NCBI GenBank assembly: GCA_965226495.1
Contig: OZ245365.1
Coordinates: forward strand, 2,368,001-2,432,000
Source: Candidatus Marinacidobacterales bacterium
GTDB taxonomy: Bacteria > Acidobacteriota > Vicinamibacteria > Marinacidobacterales > DATDRI01
Length of the DNA: 64,000 nt
Direction of reading: 5' to 3'
Position 1 is the stretch's first letter. Each line of letters opens with the position of its first letter. The translations under genes were made by a program, and so were the position numbers. Positions 30,256 to 40,035 of this stretch are shown here, one piece after another. The notes beneath the pieces are model-generated. The model was not told where the DNA came from. It did no database searches and worked only from the letters and a program-made list of their open reading frames with translations.

Positions 30256-31272
30256 TCAATATTGGCAACGGACGGCGGAAACCCACCCTTCTCCCGCCAT
30301 GAGGGCGGACGGAGTACGGACGTTCCTATCGTTATCGGGGAACTCGTTTCTCGGGAGTCGTTGAAGCATGAGGCGCATCGTGAGCTCCTCACGGCCGGAG
30401 AATCGCTCGACGGTGCCCCGGCGCCGGAAGGTATTCATAATGTCTTTCGTGCCGTCGGAATGGCCGAGGCCGAACATGTGCCCCAGCTCGTGAGGGGTGG
30501 TGGACGTGCGGACCCTCTCGATGGAATCGAATATCGCCGTTCCTCCGACGATCCCAAAGCCCTGGAATCGGCGCTTGGCGATCGCGGCGGCGCCTACCAT
30601 GTCGGGATCGTTGGGATCGACGACCATGTCGAAGACGACCGCACCGGGCGGTGGGTTGTCGGTGACGACGAAGAGGAGCTCGCCCCGTGTCGCCTTCCCG
30701 ATGTTGTCGGCGGCGGCGTTCACGGCTCGCATGGCGCGGAGGTCAGCTCTTATCTGCGAAGAGGGTACAACGTACGCCGCCGACTCGCCTAGAGGGATGC
30801 GTATCATGCCGCGCACCGTGCCATCTCCGGTGCCATACACGATGAGTCTTGTAAACTCTTCGTTGAGGCTATTCGCGTGGTCAAGCGGCCATAGAGTTAA
30901 CCGTGTAGTGTCGGGCATACGAAGGAGGGTTCGCCGACGGAGAAAGCCCTCGGCGATGATGTCCAGCCGGGTGTCCCGTCCGACTCCGCTAGATAGGGTT
31001 ACGCGACCGTTCTCGTCGGTTTCGTAGAGGGTTCCCTCGACCTTCACCTGGGCAGCGACGACGGGCGCCCCACCCGCACCGGACACGATTCGCAGAACCG
31101 TCCCGGCGGGGAGCGTGCCAGTAGAAAGGAGATTCGGGGTACTGCTTGTACCGGGGGACGTCGTACTGCGAGACAGCAGCGTCGGCGAGGTTGGGGTGTC
31201 GTCGCTGCAGCTCACCATGAGGGCGAGGATGAGCAGGAGCCTGACTCTTCGTGCCAGAGGCATCACGGCCAT
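30256..31272 (-). CDS. Lipoprotein, matrixin-like metzincin
   Basis: Lipobox LMVSC; HELGHMFGLGHS followed by a DIM Met-turn. Confidence 0.8.
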   Translation of the reverse strand: MAVMPLARRVRLLLILALMVSCSDDTPTSPTLLSRSTTSPGTSSTPNLLSTGTLPAGTVLRIVSGAGGAPVVAAQVKVEGTLYETDENGRVTLSSGVGRDTRLDIIAEGFLRRRTLLRMPDTTRLTLWPLDHANSLNEEFTRLIVYGTGDGTVRGMIRIPLGESAAYVVPSSQIRADLRAMRAVNAAADNIGKATRGELLFVVTDNPPPGAVVFDMVVDPNDPDMVGAAAIAKRRFQGFGIVGGTAIFDSIERVRTSTTPHELGHMFGLGHSDGTKDIMNTFRRRGTVERFSGREELTMRLMLQRLPRNEFPDNDRNVRTPSALMAGEGWVSAVRCQY

Positions 31273-31434
31273 TTGTCGTCCGAATATGACATCTTTTCGT
31301 ATCGCAAATGGAGTTGAAGCGCAAATGGAACAGGGGGGGCCCGTTGGGTCGGGTACATCTTCTTGATCGGGCCAAAAGGCCAGGCTAGGACCGCCCTTCC
31401 AGTGCCTCGCGGTTTCCTGCTAGACTGGGCTGTT

Positions 31435-32400
31435 ATGGTAGCGGAATCGCTTGGATTCGAAGCACCTCTGGTAGCTCTCCAGAAGGAAATCGAATCGCTC
31501 ACCGGCTACCCGAAAGAGGCCAACAAGGAGCAAGAAGTTGCCCGGCTCCAGGAAAAGCTGGAGCGGATGCGGCGGGACATCTACTCCCGGCTCACCCCCT
31601 GGCAAAAAGTGCAGGTAGCACGGCACCCGCAGAGACCCTACCTGCGAGATTTCATTCAGCTGCTTTTCCGCGATTTCATCGAAATCCACGGCGATCGCCG
31701 CTTCGGAGACGATCCGGCGATGGTCGCGGGAATGGCTTGGTATCACGACCGCCCGGTCTTCGTGGTGGGGCACCAAAAGGGACGGGACACCAACCAGAAG
31801 ATTTTTCGCAATTTCGGGATGTCCAAGCCGGAGGGGTATCGCAAGGCGCTCCGCGTGATGCGCTTGGCGGAAAAGTTCCAACGTCCGGTCTTCGCGTTCG
31901 TCGATACACCGGGAGCCTATCCGGGCCTTGACGCGGAGGAACGCGGGCAGGCAGAGGCAATCGCCTACAACATCCGCGAGATCTCTCGCCTCGATACGCC
32001 CATCGTGGTGACGGTGACCGGCGAAGGGGGGAGCGGGGGCGCGCTGGCCATCGCGATTGGCGATGAGATCCTCATGTTCGAGCATTCCATCTACTCAGTC
32101 ATTTCTCCTGAGGGGTGTGCGGCGATTCTGTGGAAACATGCCGGGAAAGCGGAGACGGCGGCCGACGGTTTGAGACTGACCGCTCAAGACCTCCTGTCCT
32201 TCGGATTGATCGATGAGGTCGTTCCCGAGCCGCTAGGCGGCGCCCATAGCGATCATCGGCGCACTGCGGAGATTCTCGACGATTACCTTGGTCGAAGTCT
32301 AGCGCGGGTGGTCAAGATGAGCGCCGAGGAGCGGCGTGAGGCGCGTTACCAAAAGTTTCGACAAATGGGCAGCGTGAGCCTCGAACAAGAAAGCGGCTAA
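31435..32400 (+). CDS. accA: Acetyl-CoA carboxylase carboxyltransferase alpha subunit
   Basis: ARHPQRP, HGDRRFGDD, PEGYRKALR, DTPGAYPG, GEGGSGGALA, SVISPEGCA. Confidence 0.97.
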   Translation: MVAESLGFEAPLVALQKEIESLTGYPKEANKEQEVARLQEKLERMRRDIYSRLTPWQKVQVARHPQRPYLRDFIQLLFRDFIEIHGDRRFGDDPAMVAGMAWYHDRPVFVVGHQKGRDTNQKIFRNFGMSKPEGYRKALRVMRLAEKFQRPVFAFVDTPGAYPGLDAEERGQAEAIAYNIREISRLDTPIVVTVTGEGGSGGALAIAIGDEILMFEHSIYSVISPEGCAAILWKHAGKAETAADGLRLTAQDLLSFGLIDEVVPEPLGGAHSDHRRTAEILDDYLGRSLARVVKMSAEERREARYQKFRQMGSVSLEQESG

Positions 32401-34511
32401 TGACTCTCAACCAGATTCGCGTGGTCAAGCGCCTGCTGGCCGTCGTTCTGGTAAGTTTTAGTGCCGTTCTAGCGTATCAGTTTCTAGGCTCCTACAACGC
32501 GTCGAAGCGTTCCTCGTCCGTTGCCCTTCCTACCAATCGCGACGCTCCCATGGCGCGCGGCGTCGAGATCTCTCGCCTCGACGAGGATGGCAAGAAAGTC
32601 TTCGAGCTCAAGGCCGCCGAGAGCGTTGGGAGATCGGAAGATACCCAAACCTTTCGTGATGTGGAGATCCAGTTCGAAGCCGGCAAGACCGAACCCGTTC
32701 CCCTTACGGTAACGGCCGACCTCTGTGAATACGACGTCGAGTCTTCGGCGGTGCATCTAGAGGGGAACGTCGTCATCGTGGATGGAGAGCACTTGCGCAT
32801 CGAAGCGCCGACCCTGGACTATCGCCCCAAGCCGAAACGGGTTTGGACGGACGATCCCATCAAGTATTTCCATCGCGGCCTCGAGGGTGAAGCGGGGGGC
32901 TTGGTGTATCAAGTGGCGGGCAATGCCTTCGAGCTCGGGGAGGGCGTGGCCATGACGTTCACTCCCGAAGACGGCGGTTTGCCCGTTTATGTGGAGAGCG
33001 CCTGGGCGAAGATTCGGCGCCGCGAACGAGTGGTTCGATTCATTGACGAAGTCAAAGTCCGCCACGGCTCGTATCGGCTGAGAAGCGGTTTGCTTCGAAT
33101 CCACATGACAGAGGACGAAAGCGGGATCGAGCAACTCTTCGCCGAGCAAGACGTGCGGATGGTGCTCGATGCTGCACCGGAGCCGCAAGTTACCCCCGGT
33201 ACCGACCAAGACACTGAAGTTGTCGCCGAGCAAGACGCCGGTGTGCGTCCTCTCGACCAGCCCGGCCGAAAGCGATTGACCAGTCAGAATCTCGAAGTGG
33301 AGTTCCGCCCGGATGGGAGCACGATGAAGCGCATGCGTGCCACGGACGACGCAAAGCTTACATTCGAGCCGCCGGTCTCTTCCGATAGGAAGCCGGGCAT
33401 GAGACGTGAGCTGGAGGGAAACACGCTCATCTTCCAGTTCGATGGCGAGGGGCGGTTGACCATCCTCAACGCTCGTGGCAACGTCGCCCTCACGCTAGAG
33501 CCGGAAGGAGGCAAACCCGAAGACGCCCGACGGGTCACGGCGCGGGAGCTGGAGAGCCGATTCGATCCCGAGACCGGAGAGCTTCGCATGGCCCAATGCT
33601 CCCACCAGGTGAAATTTTCTCATGGCGAGCTGCACGCCGAAGCCGAGGAAGGGCTCTACCGCTCGCAGCGGGAACTTCTAACCCTTACCGACTCACCGCG
33701 TCTATGGGATGCGAGTGCGGAACTGGTAGCCGAAGAGCTGAGGATTCAGGTTGTCACCGGGGCACTCGAGGCAATTGGCAAGGTGCGCTCCACCATGACA
33801 TCGGTTTCATCGAACAGTCTCGGCTTCCTACCTGGTGACGAGGACGATTTGGTTTATTTCCTGGCCGAGCATCTCGAGTACGATCGGGAGAATGATTTGG
33901 CAATCTATACCGGAGCGGCGCGGGGCTTCCGGGGGAGCAACCGCCTGGAGGCCGATCGGATCGCGGTGGCTCAAATCAAGGGAGAGCTCGAGGCAACGGA
34001 CTCGGTCCGTACCACCCTCCCGCAAAAGGCATCGCCGAAGGTGGGGAGTGAAGGGCCTGCCGATAACGACGACGGCGAAACCGAAGCTAGAGGGGGCCGC
34101 AAAGAAGTGACGCCGCAGTTAACTCATACGCGGGCCGGACATCTTTTCTACCGCTCGAAGGACCAGCTGCTGACCTACACCAAGGCAGTTGAGATGAAAT
34201 CGGGGGACTTCCTGCTCCGAGGCGAGAGGGTCGATGTGAATCTCCAAGAGGGAGGCGAGGGCGTCAAGCAGATCTATGCGGAGGGCAATGTGGAAATCGA
34301 GTCGACCACCGGAAAGGCCCGCGGCGATAAAGCAACATACGTGCCAGAGCGCGAGGAAATACGCGTGAGCGGCGAGCGAGCGACCCTCGAAGACGGCGAT
34401 AAACTCACGGAAGGCAAGGAGTTGACTTTTTTTCTATCGGATGATAAGATTTTTGTAGACGGTCGGGAACAACGCCGTACAAAGACCACATATTCCGGAT
34501 CGCGCCCCTAA
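32400..34511 (+). CDS. LptC/LptA-like multi-beta-jellyroll LPS transport protein
   Basis: N-terminal TM; repeated OstA-like segments (VHLEGNVVI, AIYTGAARG, QIYAEGNVEI); directly upstream of lptB. Confidence 0.8.
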   Translation: MTLNQIRVVKRLLAVVLVSFSAVLAYQFLGSYNASKRSSSVALPTNRDAPMARGVEISRLDEDGKKVFELKAAESVGRSEDTQTFRDVEIQFEAGKTEPVPLTVTADLCEYDVESSAVHLEGNVVIVDGEHLRIEAPTLDYRPKPKRVWTDDPIKYFHRGLEGEAGGLVYQVAGNAFELGEGVAMTFTPEDGGLPVYVESAWAKIRRRERVVRFIDEVKVRHGSYRLRSGLLRIHMTEDESGIEQLFAEQDVRMVLDAAPEPQVTPGTDQDTEVVAEQDAGVRPLDQPGRKRLTSQNLEVEFRPDGSTMKRMRATDDAKLTFEPPVSSDRKPGMRRELEGNTLIFQFDGEGRLTILNARGNVALTLEPEGGKPEDARRVTARELESRFDPETGELRMAQCSHQVKFSHGELHAEAEEGLYRSQRELLTLTDSPRLWDASAELVAEELRIQVVTGALEAIGKVRSTMTSVSSNSLGFLPGDEDDLVYFLAEHLEYDRENDLAIYTGAARGFRGSNRLEADRIAVAQIKGELEATDSVRTTLPQKASPKVGSEGPADNDDGETEARGGRKEVTPQLTHTRAGHLFYRSKDQLLTYTKAVEMKSGDFLLRGERVDVNLQEGGEGVKQIYAEGNVEIESTTGKARGDKATYVPEREEIRVSGERATLEDGDKLTEGKELTFFLSDDKIFVDGREQRRTKTTYSGSRP

Positions 34512-34514
34512 TTA

Positions 34515-35240
34515 ATGCACGTACTGAGGGCACGGTCGCTAGCGAAGTCGTTTCGTCGACGAAAAGTGGTCGACGACGTAAGCCTCGAGGTCCATGAGGG
34601 GGAGGTCGTCGGCCTCCTAGGACCGAATGGTGCCGGGAAGACCACGACCTTCCACATGGTGGTAGGTCTGACTCGACCGGACAAAGGAAGTGTTTATCTC
34701 AACAATGAGGAAATCACGTTACTTCCGATGTATCTGCGAGCCCGGAGCGGCATCAATTACCTCCCGCAGGAGCCTTCCATATTTCGCAAGCTCACCGTTG
34801 AGGAAAACGTCCTCGCCATCTTGGAGACCCTCCCGCTCCAGCCGGGGGAGAAACAGCAGCGCTTGCGCGAGCTCCTCGGTGAGCTGGGCCTCACCAGCAT
34901 GGCCAAGGCTAGGGCATATACCTTATCCGGCGGTGAGCGGCGCCGTGCCGAAATTACGCGCGCTCTCGTCACCTCTCCTTCCTTCATGCTCCTCGACGAA
35001 CCTTTTGCCGGCATCGATCCCATCGCAGTAGGCGAAATTCAGAAAATCATTCATCATCTCAAGGCGCGCGGGATTGGAATCTTGATAACGGACCATAATG
35101 TGAGGGAAACGCTCCAAATCACCGACCGTGCTTACATCATGAACGAGGGTCGTATCTTCCGCGCCGGATCTCCGGCCGAGCTAGCGAACGACGAAGAGGT
35201 ACGCCGGGTGTATTTGGGGGAGGAATTCAGACTCGACTAG
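34515..35240 (+). CDS. lptB: LPS export ABC transporter ATP-binding protein
   Basis: [48 protein letters not shown]. Confidence 0.97.
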   Translation: MHVLRARSLAKSFRRRKVVDDVSLEVHEGEVVGLLGPNGAGKTTTFHMVVGLTRPDKGSVYLNNEEITLLPMYLRARSGINYLPQEPSIFRKLTVEENVLAILETLPLQPGEKQQRLRELLGELGLTSMAKARAYTLSGGERRRAEITRALVTSPSFMLLDEPFAGIDPIAVGEIQKIIHHLKARGIGILITDHNVRETLQITDRAYIMNEGRIFRAGSPAELANDEEVRRVYLGEEFRLD

Positions 35241-35303
35241 CGTGGCGCTCTTCGGCCCTCTTCGGTAAGACTGGAACATTAGGACCAGCGGGAGTCTCAG
35301 GTC

Positions 35304-36779
35304 ATGGCGATGTATCAAAAGCTAGTGCTTCAAGCCAAGCTCTCGCAAAAGCTCATCCTCACCCCCTCGTTGCAGCAGGCGATCAAACTGCTGCCCTTGT
35401 CGACTCTCGAGCTTGCCGAAATGCTCAACGAGGAGCTCGTCGAGAATCCTCTCCTCGAAGACGAGGTCGAGAACGAAAAAGAGGAGGCGAGCAGCAACGA
35501 AGAAAAGGCCGAGACCGGCGAGACCCAAGAGAAGCTTGACGGTGAAGACAAAGCGGGAGACAAAGACGATTCGTTCGAGGAGATAGACTTCGAGTCGTTC
35601 TTCAGTGACTATCTCGACGACGGGTACCGACCGCGAACCCCGTACGAGATTCCCGAGCTTCCGCCCATCGAGAATACCCTCGCCACGACCTCTTCGTTAG
35701 CCGATCACCTGGATTGGCAACTCCGCATGGCGAGCGTAGAGCCTCTCATAGTCGAGATCGGCCAGGCGATTGTCGGCAACGTCGACGACGATGGATACCT
35801 CCAGGCCACGGTGGAAGAGATCTGCACCATGGGCAACTACAAGCAAGGGGAGGTCGAAAAGGCGCTCGAGGTCGTTCAGAGCTTCGATCCCATCGGCATC
35901 GCCGCGAGAGACCTACGCGAATGCCTCTTGCTCCAGCTCCGACACCTGGACGTCGGCGGCACCGCGGTGGAGACGATGGTCGCCAACCATCTAGACCTAC
36001 TACAGAGCCACCGTTTCAACGAGCTCGCCAAGGCCATGAACATTCCGCTGGATGAAGTCTTGCAGCATTGCGAGATCATCCGGCGGCTCGATCCGAAACC
36101 GGGTTCGAAGCACAACCCAAAGAAGAGTCAGTACGTTACTCCAGATGTTTATGTGGTCAAGGTGGGCGACAAATATGAGATCGTTTTGAACGAAGATCGT
36201 TTGCCGCAGCTCCGCATTAGCTCTGTGTACCGGCGTATGCTGGAGAACAAATCCGCGGACAATGAAGCGACACGGTCGTACGTGAAGGAGAAGTTGCGAA
36301 ACGCTCTGTGGCTCATCAAGTCGGTGGATCAGCGGCAGAAGACGATCTACAAAGTGTCGGAAAGCATCGTGCGTCAGCAGAAAGAGTTCTTGGATAATGG
36401 GTTGGAACACTTGCGTCCGCTGGTGCTTAGAGATGTGGCGGTCGACATCGGTATGCACGAGTCGACGGTGTCTCGAGTGGTCGCCAACAAATACATGCAC
36501 ACCGTTCAGGGTGTCGTTGAGATGAAATACTTTTTCCACAGCGGAATCGCCAGCACGTACGGCGATGCCGTTTCCTCGGTGACTATCAAGCAGAGAATCA
36601 GGAAGATCGTCGAGGAAGAAAACCCCAAACGACCGCTTTCCGATTCCAAAATCGTCACCATTCTCGAACGCGACGGCTTGAGGTTGGCACGAAGGACCAT
36701 CGCGAAGTATCGCGAGGAGCTTCGCATCCCTCCCTCCAATCAGCGGAAGAATCTCTATAACAGTCCTTTCGCCAGTTAA
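35304..36779 (+). CDS. rpoN: RNA polymerase sigma-54 factor
   Basis: LQQAIKLL, MHESTVSR, RpoN box ARRTIAKYRE. Confidence 0.98.
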   Translation: MAMYQKLVLQAKLSQKLILTPSLQQAIKLLPLSTLELAEMLNEELVENPLLEDEVENEKEEASSNEEKAETGETQEKLDGEDKAGDKDDSFEEIDFESFFSDYLDDGYRPRTPYEIPELPPIENTLATTSSLADHLDWQLRMASVEPLIVEIGQAIVGNVDDDGYLQATVEEICTMGNYKQGEVEKALEVVQSFDPIGIAARDLRECLLLQLRHLDVGGTAVETMVANHLDLLQSHRFNELAKAMNIPLDEVLQHCEIIRRLDPKPGSKHNPKKSQYVTPDVYVVKVGDKYEIVLNEDRLPQLRISSVYRRMLENKSADNEATRSYVKEKLRNALWLIKSVDQRQKTIYKVSESIVRQQKEFLDNGLEHLRPLVLRDVAVDIGMHESTVSRVVANKYMHTVQGVVEMKYFFHSGIASTYGDAVSSVTIKQRIRKIVEEENPKRPLSDSKIVTILERDGLRLARRTIAKYREELRIPPSNQRKNLYNSPFAS

Positions 36780-36797
36780 GTAGTGTCAATGCCAGCT

Positions 36798-36830
36798 CCT
36801 CACCCAGTCCCTCTCCCAAGGGGAGAGGGA
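36798..36830. repeat. REP-like palindrome, same family as 22447
   Basis: CCTCACCCAGTCCCTCTCCCAAGGGGAGAGGGA. Confidence 0.7.
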
Positions 36831-36850
36831 TTGAAGGAAGGAAGCCAACC

Positions 36851-37402
36851 TTGAATATCCATATCACCGGGCGGCAGATCGACGTCACCGGTCCGTTGAA
36901 GGAGTTTACCGAGTCCAAAGTAAACAAGCTGGACCGATTCATCGATGGCATTACGGACATTCACGTGACCTTATCGGTGCAAAAGTACCGGCAGCGGGCC
37001 GAGGTGAACGTCCATAGCCGAGGCAACACCTATCTGACCGCGGTGGAGGAGTCGGAGGACCTATATGCCTCGATTCAACAAGCCATCGAGAAAATAGAAG
37101 CGCAAGCCAGAAAGACAAGCGCCAAGCGGATCGGTAAAAGACGGCGCGGCGCGCGACAGGAGGGGACGTTCGATGTCATCGCCAGGGACGGCGGGGAAAC
37201 ACCGAACGAGGATAACGTACCCCGCGTGGTGGAGAGTCATCGGTTCGTCATCAAACCGCTGTCGGTGGAAGAGGCGGTCATGGAGCTCGATGCCGGCGGC
37301 GCCGAGTTTCTCGTTTTCCGCAATGCGGACAACGAAGGAGTCAACGTCATTTACCGCCGGCCCGACGGGAATTACGGCCTCATCGATCCTGGGGGGCAAT
37401 AG
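36851..37402 (+). CDS. hpf: Ribosome hibernation promoting factor, long form
   Basis: NIHITGRQIDVT, DLYASI, KPLSVEEAVMEL, VIYRRPDGNYGLI. Confidence 0.95.
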   Translation: MNIHITGRQIDVTGPLKEFTESKVNKLDRFIDGITDIHVTLSVQKYRQRAEVNVHSRGNTYLTAVEESEDLYASIQQAIEKIEAQARKTSAKRIGKRRRGARQEGTFDVIARDGGETPNEDNVPRVVESHRFVIKPLSVEEAVMELDAGGAEFLVFRNADNEGVNVIYRRPDGNYGLIDPGGQ

Positions 37403-37448
37403 CCCTTCGGAGACGCTACCTCAGGAGTCGGGAAAAGGAAGGGCCCCT

Positions 37449-38420
37449 TTGCGGACGACGGCAGGCCGTGGCAAGCAGGCAAAGAAGAATTCTCAACCCC
37501 TTCACGTTCGCGAGCTGTTGGAAGACGCACCCGAGCCACTGGATTTGGAGCTGGCTGCCGGGAAGAGCGGGCTCTCTCGGCGTATTCGCACCTCCAGTGT
37601 CCAACGCCCCCCGACCACGGATAACCCACTCAGGCCTGGAGGGGTCTTGTTGCTCGATTCCGCCGAGCTCGCGCAGCTGGCCTCGCTCCCAGCGCTCCGG
37701 CGCCGGCGCGTCTTAGAGTCCTGGTTCGCTATCCCCATTGCAGCGATTGTGACATCTTCCCGAGGCACGGCCCCCAGGGAGCTCTATTCCCTTGCTAACC
37801 GTCACCGGGTTGCCGTTTTCGCTACCGGCCTCAAGGCGTCGGTGGCTGCGAAACGAATCGGCCGCGTGCTCGAGGAGAGGCTGACCAAACGTGAGGTGAT
37901 CCATGGTGTCTTGATGGACGTTCACGGCCTGGGAATTCTCATCGTCGGCGAGAGCGGTATCGGAAAGAGCGAATCGGCCATCGAGCTGATCGAACGAGGC
38001 CATCGACTGGTTGCCGACGACGTAGTGGAAATCGAAAAGAGTGCCGAGTGCCTAACCGGCCGCAGTCCGGGGATCGTCCGCTACTACATGGAGCTTCGCG
38101 GGCTCGGAGTGATCAACGTGAAAGATCTCTTTGGCGCTAATGCGATCCAGCTGTCGATGCCTCTCGAGCTCGTTGTTCAGCTAGAGCGATGGGATCGCGC
38201 GACCGAGGTCGAGAGATTGGGCCTCGAAGAAAAGACTTACGCTGTCCTCGGGGTGGACCTGCCATTGCTGTCGATGCCGGTAGGGCCCGGCCGAAATCTA
38301 GCAATGCTCATAGAGGTGGCGGCTCGTAACCACCTGCTGAGCAAGAGCGGGCGAAACCCCGCGCGCCTTCTTGCCCGGAGCGTTTCGATCGCGGCGCGCC
38401 GGCGGTTGAAAGGGAAGTAA
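37449..38420 (+). CDS. hprK: HPr kinase/phosphorylase
   Basis: HGVLMDVHGLG, GESGIGKSE, GHRLVADD, MELRGLG, PGRNLA..IEVAA; start uncertain (TTG 37449 chosen). Confidence 0.9.
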   Translation: MRTTAGRGKQAKKNSQPLHVRELLEDAPEPLDLELAAGKSGLSRRIRTSSVQRPPTTDNPLRPGGVLLLDSAELAQLASLPALRRRRVLESWFAIPIAAIVTSSRGTAPRELYSLANRHRVAVFATGLKASVAAKRIGRVLEERLTKREVIHGVLMDVHGLGILIVGESGIGKSESAIELIERGHRLVADDVVEIEKSAECLTGRSPGIVRYYMELRGLGVINVKDLFGANAIQLSMPLELVVQLERWDRATEVERLGLEEKTYAVLGVDLPLLSMPVGPGRNLAMLIEVAARNHLLSKSGRNPARLLARSVSIAARRRLKGK

Positions 38421-39317
38421 GTGGCCCAAAGAACGAAGAATGGGAAAGGGGCCGCTCGTTTCGTTTTCATCACCGGCCTCTCAGGTTCTGGCAAAACGTT
38501 GGCGATGAAGGCCCTCGAAGATGCGGGCTTTTTCTGCGTGGACAACCTGCCCCCGAAACTACTCGGACCGTTCGCCGAGCTCACAGCAAAAGGTGGCGAG
38601 AGTATCGAACAGGTGGCGGTGGTTGCGGACATTCGGGAACGCGGTTTCCTCAAAGATTTCCCAGAGGTTTTCGACCGTCTTCGGCAGCGCGGTTTCGAAA
38701 CGGTTCTGATTTTTCTCGATGCGCGCGACGAAGTTATCGTTCGCCGTTTCAGCGAAAGTCGGAGGCCGCACCCGCTGGCGGTGGGCAAGGGGTCGGTCCT
38801 CCAAGCCGTGCGCAAGGAGCGGCGAAAATTGGCCGCCATTCGGCGTCTCGCCGATCAGATTCTAGACACCTCGGAGATGACGGTGCACGAGCTGCGACGG
38901 TATCTGCTCGAACAGTTTCAGGAGGTCGAGGGACGCCGTGGTCCGGCTATGAACGTGGTCTCGTTCGGCTATAAGTTCGGAGTGCCTCACGACGCCGACC
39001 TTGTCTTCGACGTCCGCTTTCTTCCCAATCCCTTCTTCGAGAAAGATCTGCGAGCCAAGGATGGCAACCACCCGGCCGTCGAGCGCTTCCTCTTCTCTTT
39101 TCCCGCCACCAGCGAGTTCATCCAGAGGCTGGAGTCGTTTCTGAATTACTTGATTCCGCAGTATACGTCGGAGGGGAAGAGCTATCTGACCATCGCCATC
39201 GGTTGTACCGGCGGACGGCACCGGTCGGTGATGGTAGGCAAGGAGATGGCGGGCAGATTGAAGAAACAAGGGTATTCGGTCACGTTGACGCATCGCGATG
39301 TGAAGGGTGACAGTTGA
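38421..39317 (+). CDS. rapZ: RNase adapter / P-loop nucleotide-binding protein
   Basis: TGLSGSGK, CVDNLP, SFGYKFG, DVRFLPNP, GCTGGRHRSV. Confidence 0.96.
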   Translation: MAQRTKNGKGAARFVFITGLSGSGKTLAMKALEDAGFFCVDNLPPKLLGPFAELTAKGGESIEQVAVVADIRERGFLKDFPEVFDRLRQRGFETVLIFLDARDEVIVRRFSESRRPHPLAVGKGSVLQAVRKERRKLAAIRRLADQILDTSEMTVHELRRYLLEQFQEVEGRRGPAMNVVSFGYKFGVPHDADLVFDVRFLPNPFFEKDLRAKDGNHPAVERFLFSFPATSEFIQRLESFLNYLIPQYTSEGKSYLTIAIGCTGGRHRSVMVGKEMAGRLKKQGYSVTLTHRDVKGDS

Positions 39318-39754
39318 TTGGGATCCTGGTTGTAACCCACGGACGCTTGGCTAGCGAGCTGGTGACGTCCGCAGAGATGATCGTGGGGGAGATTCCGAAC
39401 GTCACTGCCGTTTCCATCGGTTGGCATGACCACCCGGACGAAGCTCAAGAGGAAATTCGGAGCGCTATCGAGCGGGTGGAGGGAGGCCAGGGAACGGTGG
39501 TGCTGACCGACATGTTCGGGGGAACGCCGTCGAACCTGAGCCTTGCGTTTTTGGAAGAGGGTCGTGTCGAAGTGATCACGGGCGTCAACTTGCCTATGCT
39601 GATCAAGTTGGTTAGCTTGCGCGAGGACGAGCAAATCGATCTGGGTGCGGCGGCTCGACAGATCAGCGCACAAGGCAAGGAAAGCATTTACCTTGCCAGT
39701 GATCTTCTGGCGGCCAAGAAAGAGAAAGAGACGGAGGAGGAGCCTGGTGGTTGA
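39314..39754 (+). CDS. PTS EIIA, mannose/fructose family
   Basis: VVTHG, LTDMFGGTPSN, TGVNLPML. Confidence 0.93.
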   Translation: MIGILVVTHGRLASELVTSAEMIVGEIPNVTAVSIGWHDHPDEAQEEIRSAIERVEGGQGTVVLTDMFGGTPSNLSLAFLEEGRVEVITGVNLPMLIKLVSLREDEQIDLGAAARQISAQGKESIYLASDLLAAKKEKETEEEPGG

Positions 39755-40016
39755 ACGCATGGTGGAGATCATGAACCCCCTCGGACTCCACGCGAGAGCG
39801 GCGGCCCGCTTCGTCAGGACGGCGAGCCAGTTCACGTCCAAAGTGACGGTCAGTAAGGAGGGAACGACTATCGACGGAAAGAGCATTCTGGGGATTCTCT
39901 TTCTTGCCGCGACGTCAGGCAGCGAGCTCACCATCACCGCGTCTGGAGAAGACGAGGAAGAGGCGGTGAAAGCGCTGGTCACCCTCGTGAGCGATGGCTT
40001 CGGAGATGGTAAGTAG
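39747..40016 (+). CDS. ptsH: Phosphocarrier protein HPr
   Basis: GLHARAA and DGKSILG motifs; GTG start overlapping the EIIA end. Confidence 0.93.
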   Translation: MVERMVEIMNPLGLHARAAARFVRTASQFTSKVTVSKEGTTIDGKSILGILFLAATSGSELTITASGEDEEEAVKALVTLVSDGFGDGK

Positions 40017-40035
40017 ACTCCATGATGGTGTCGAG

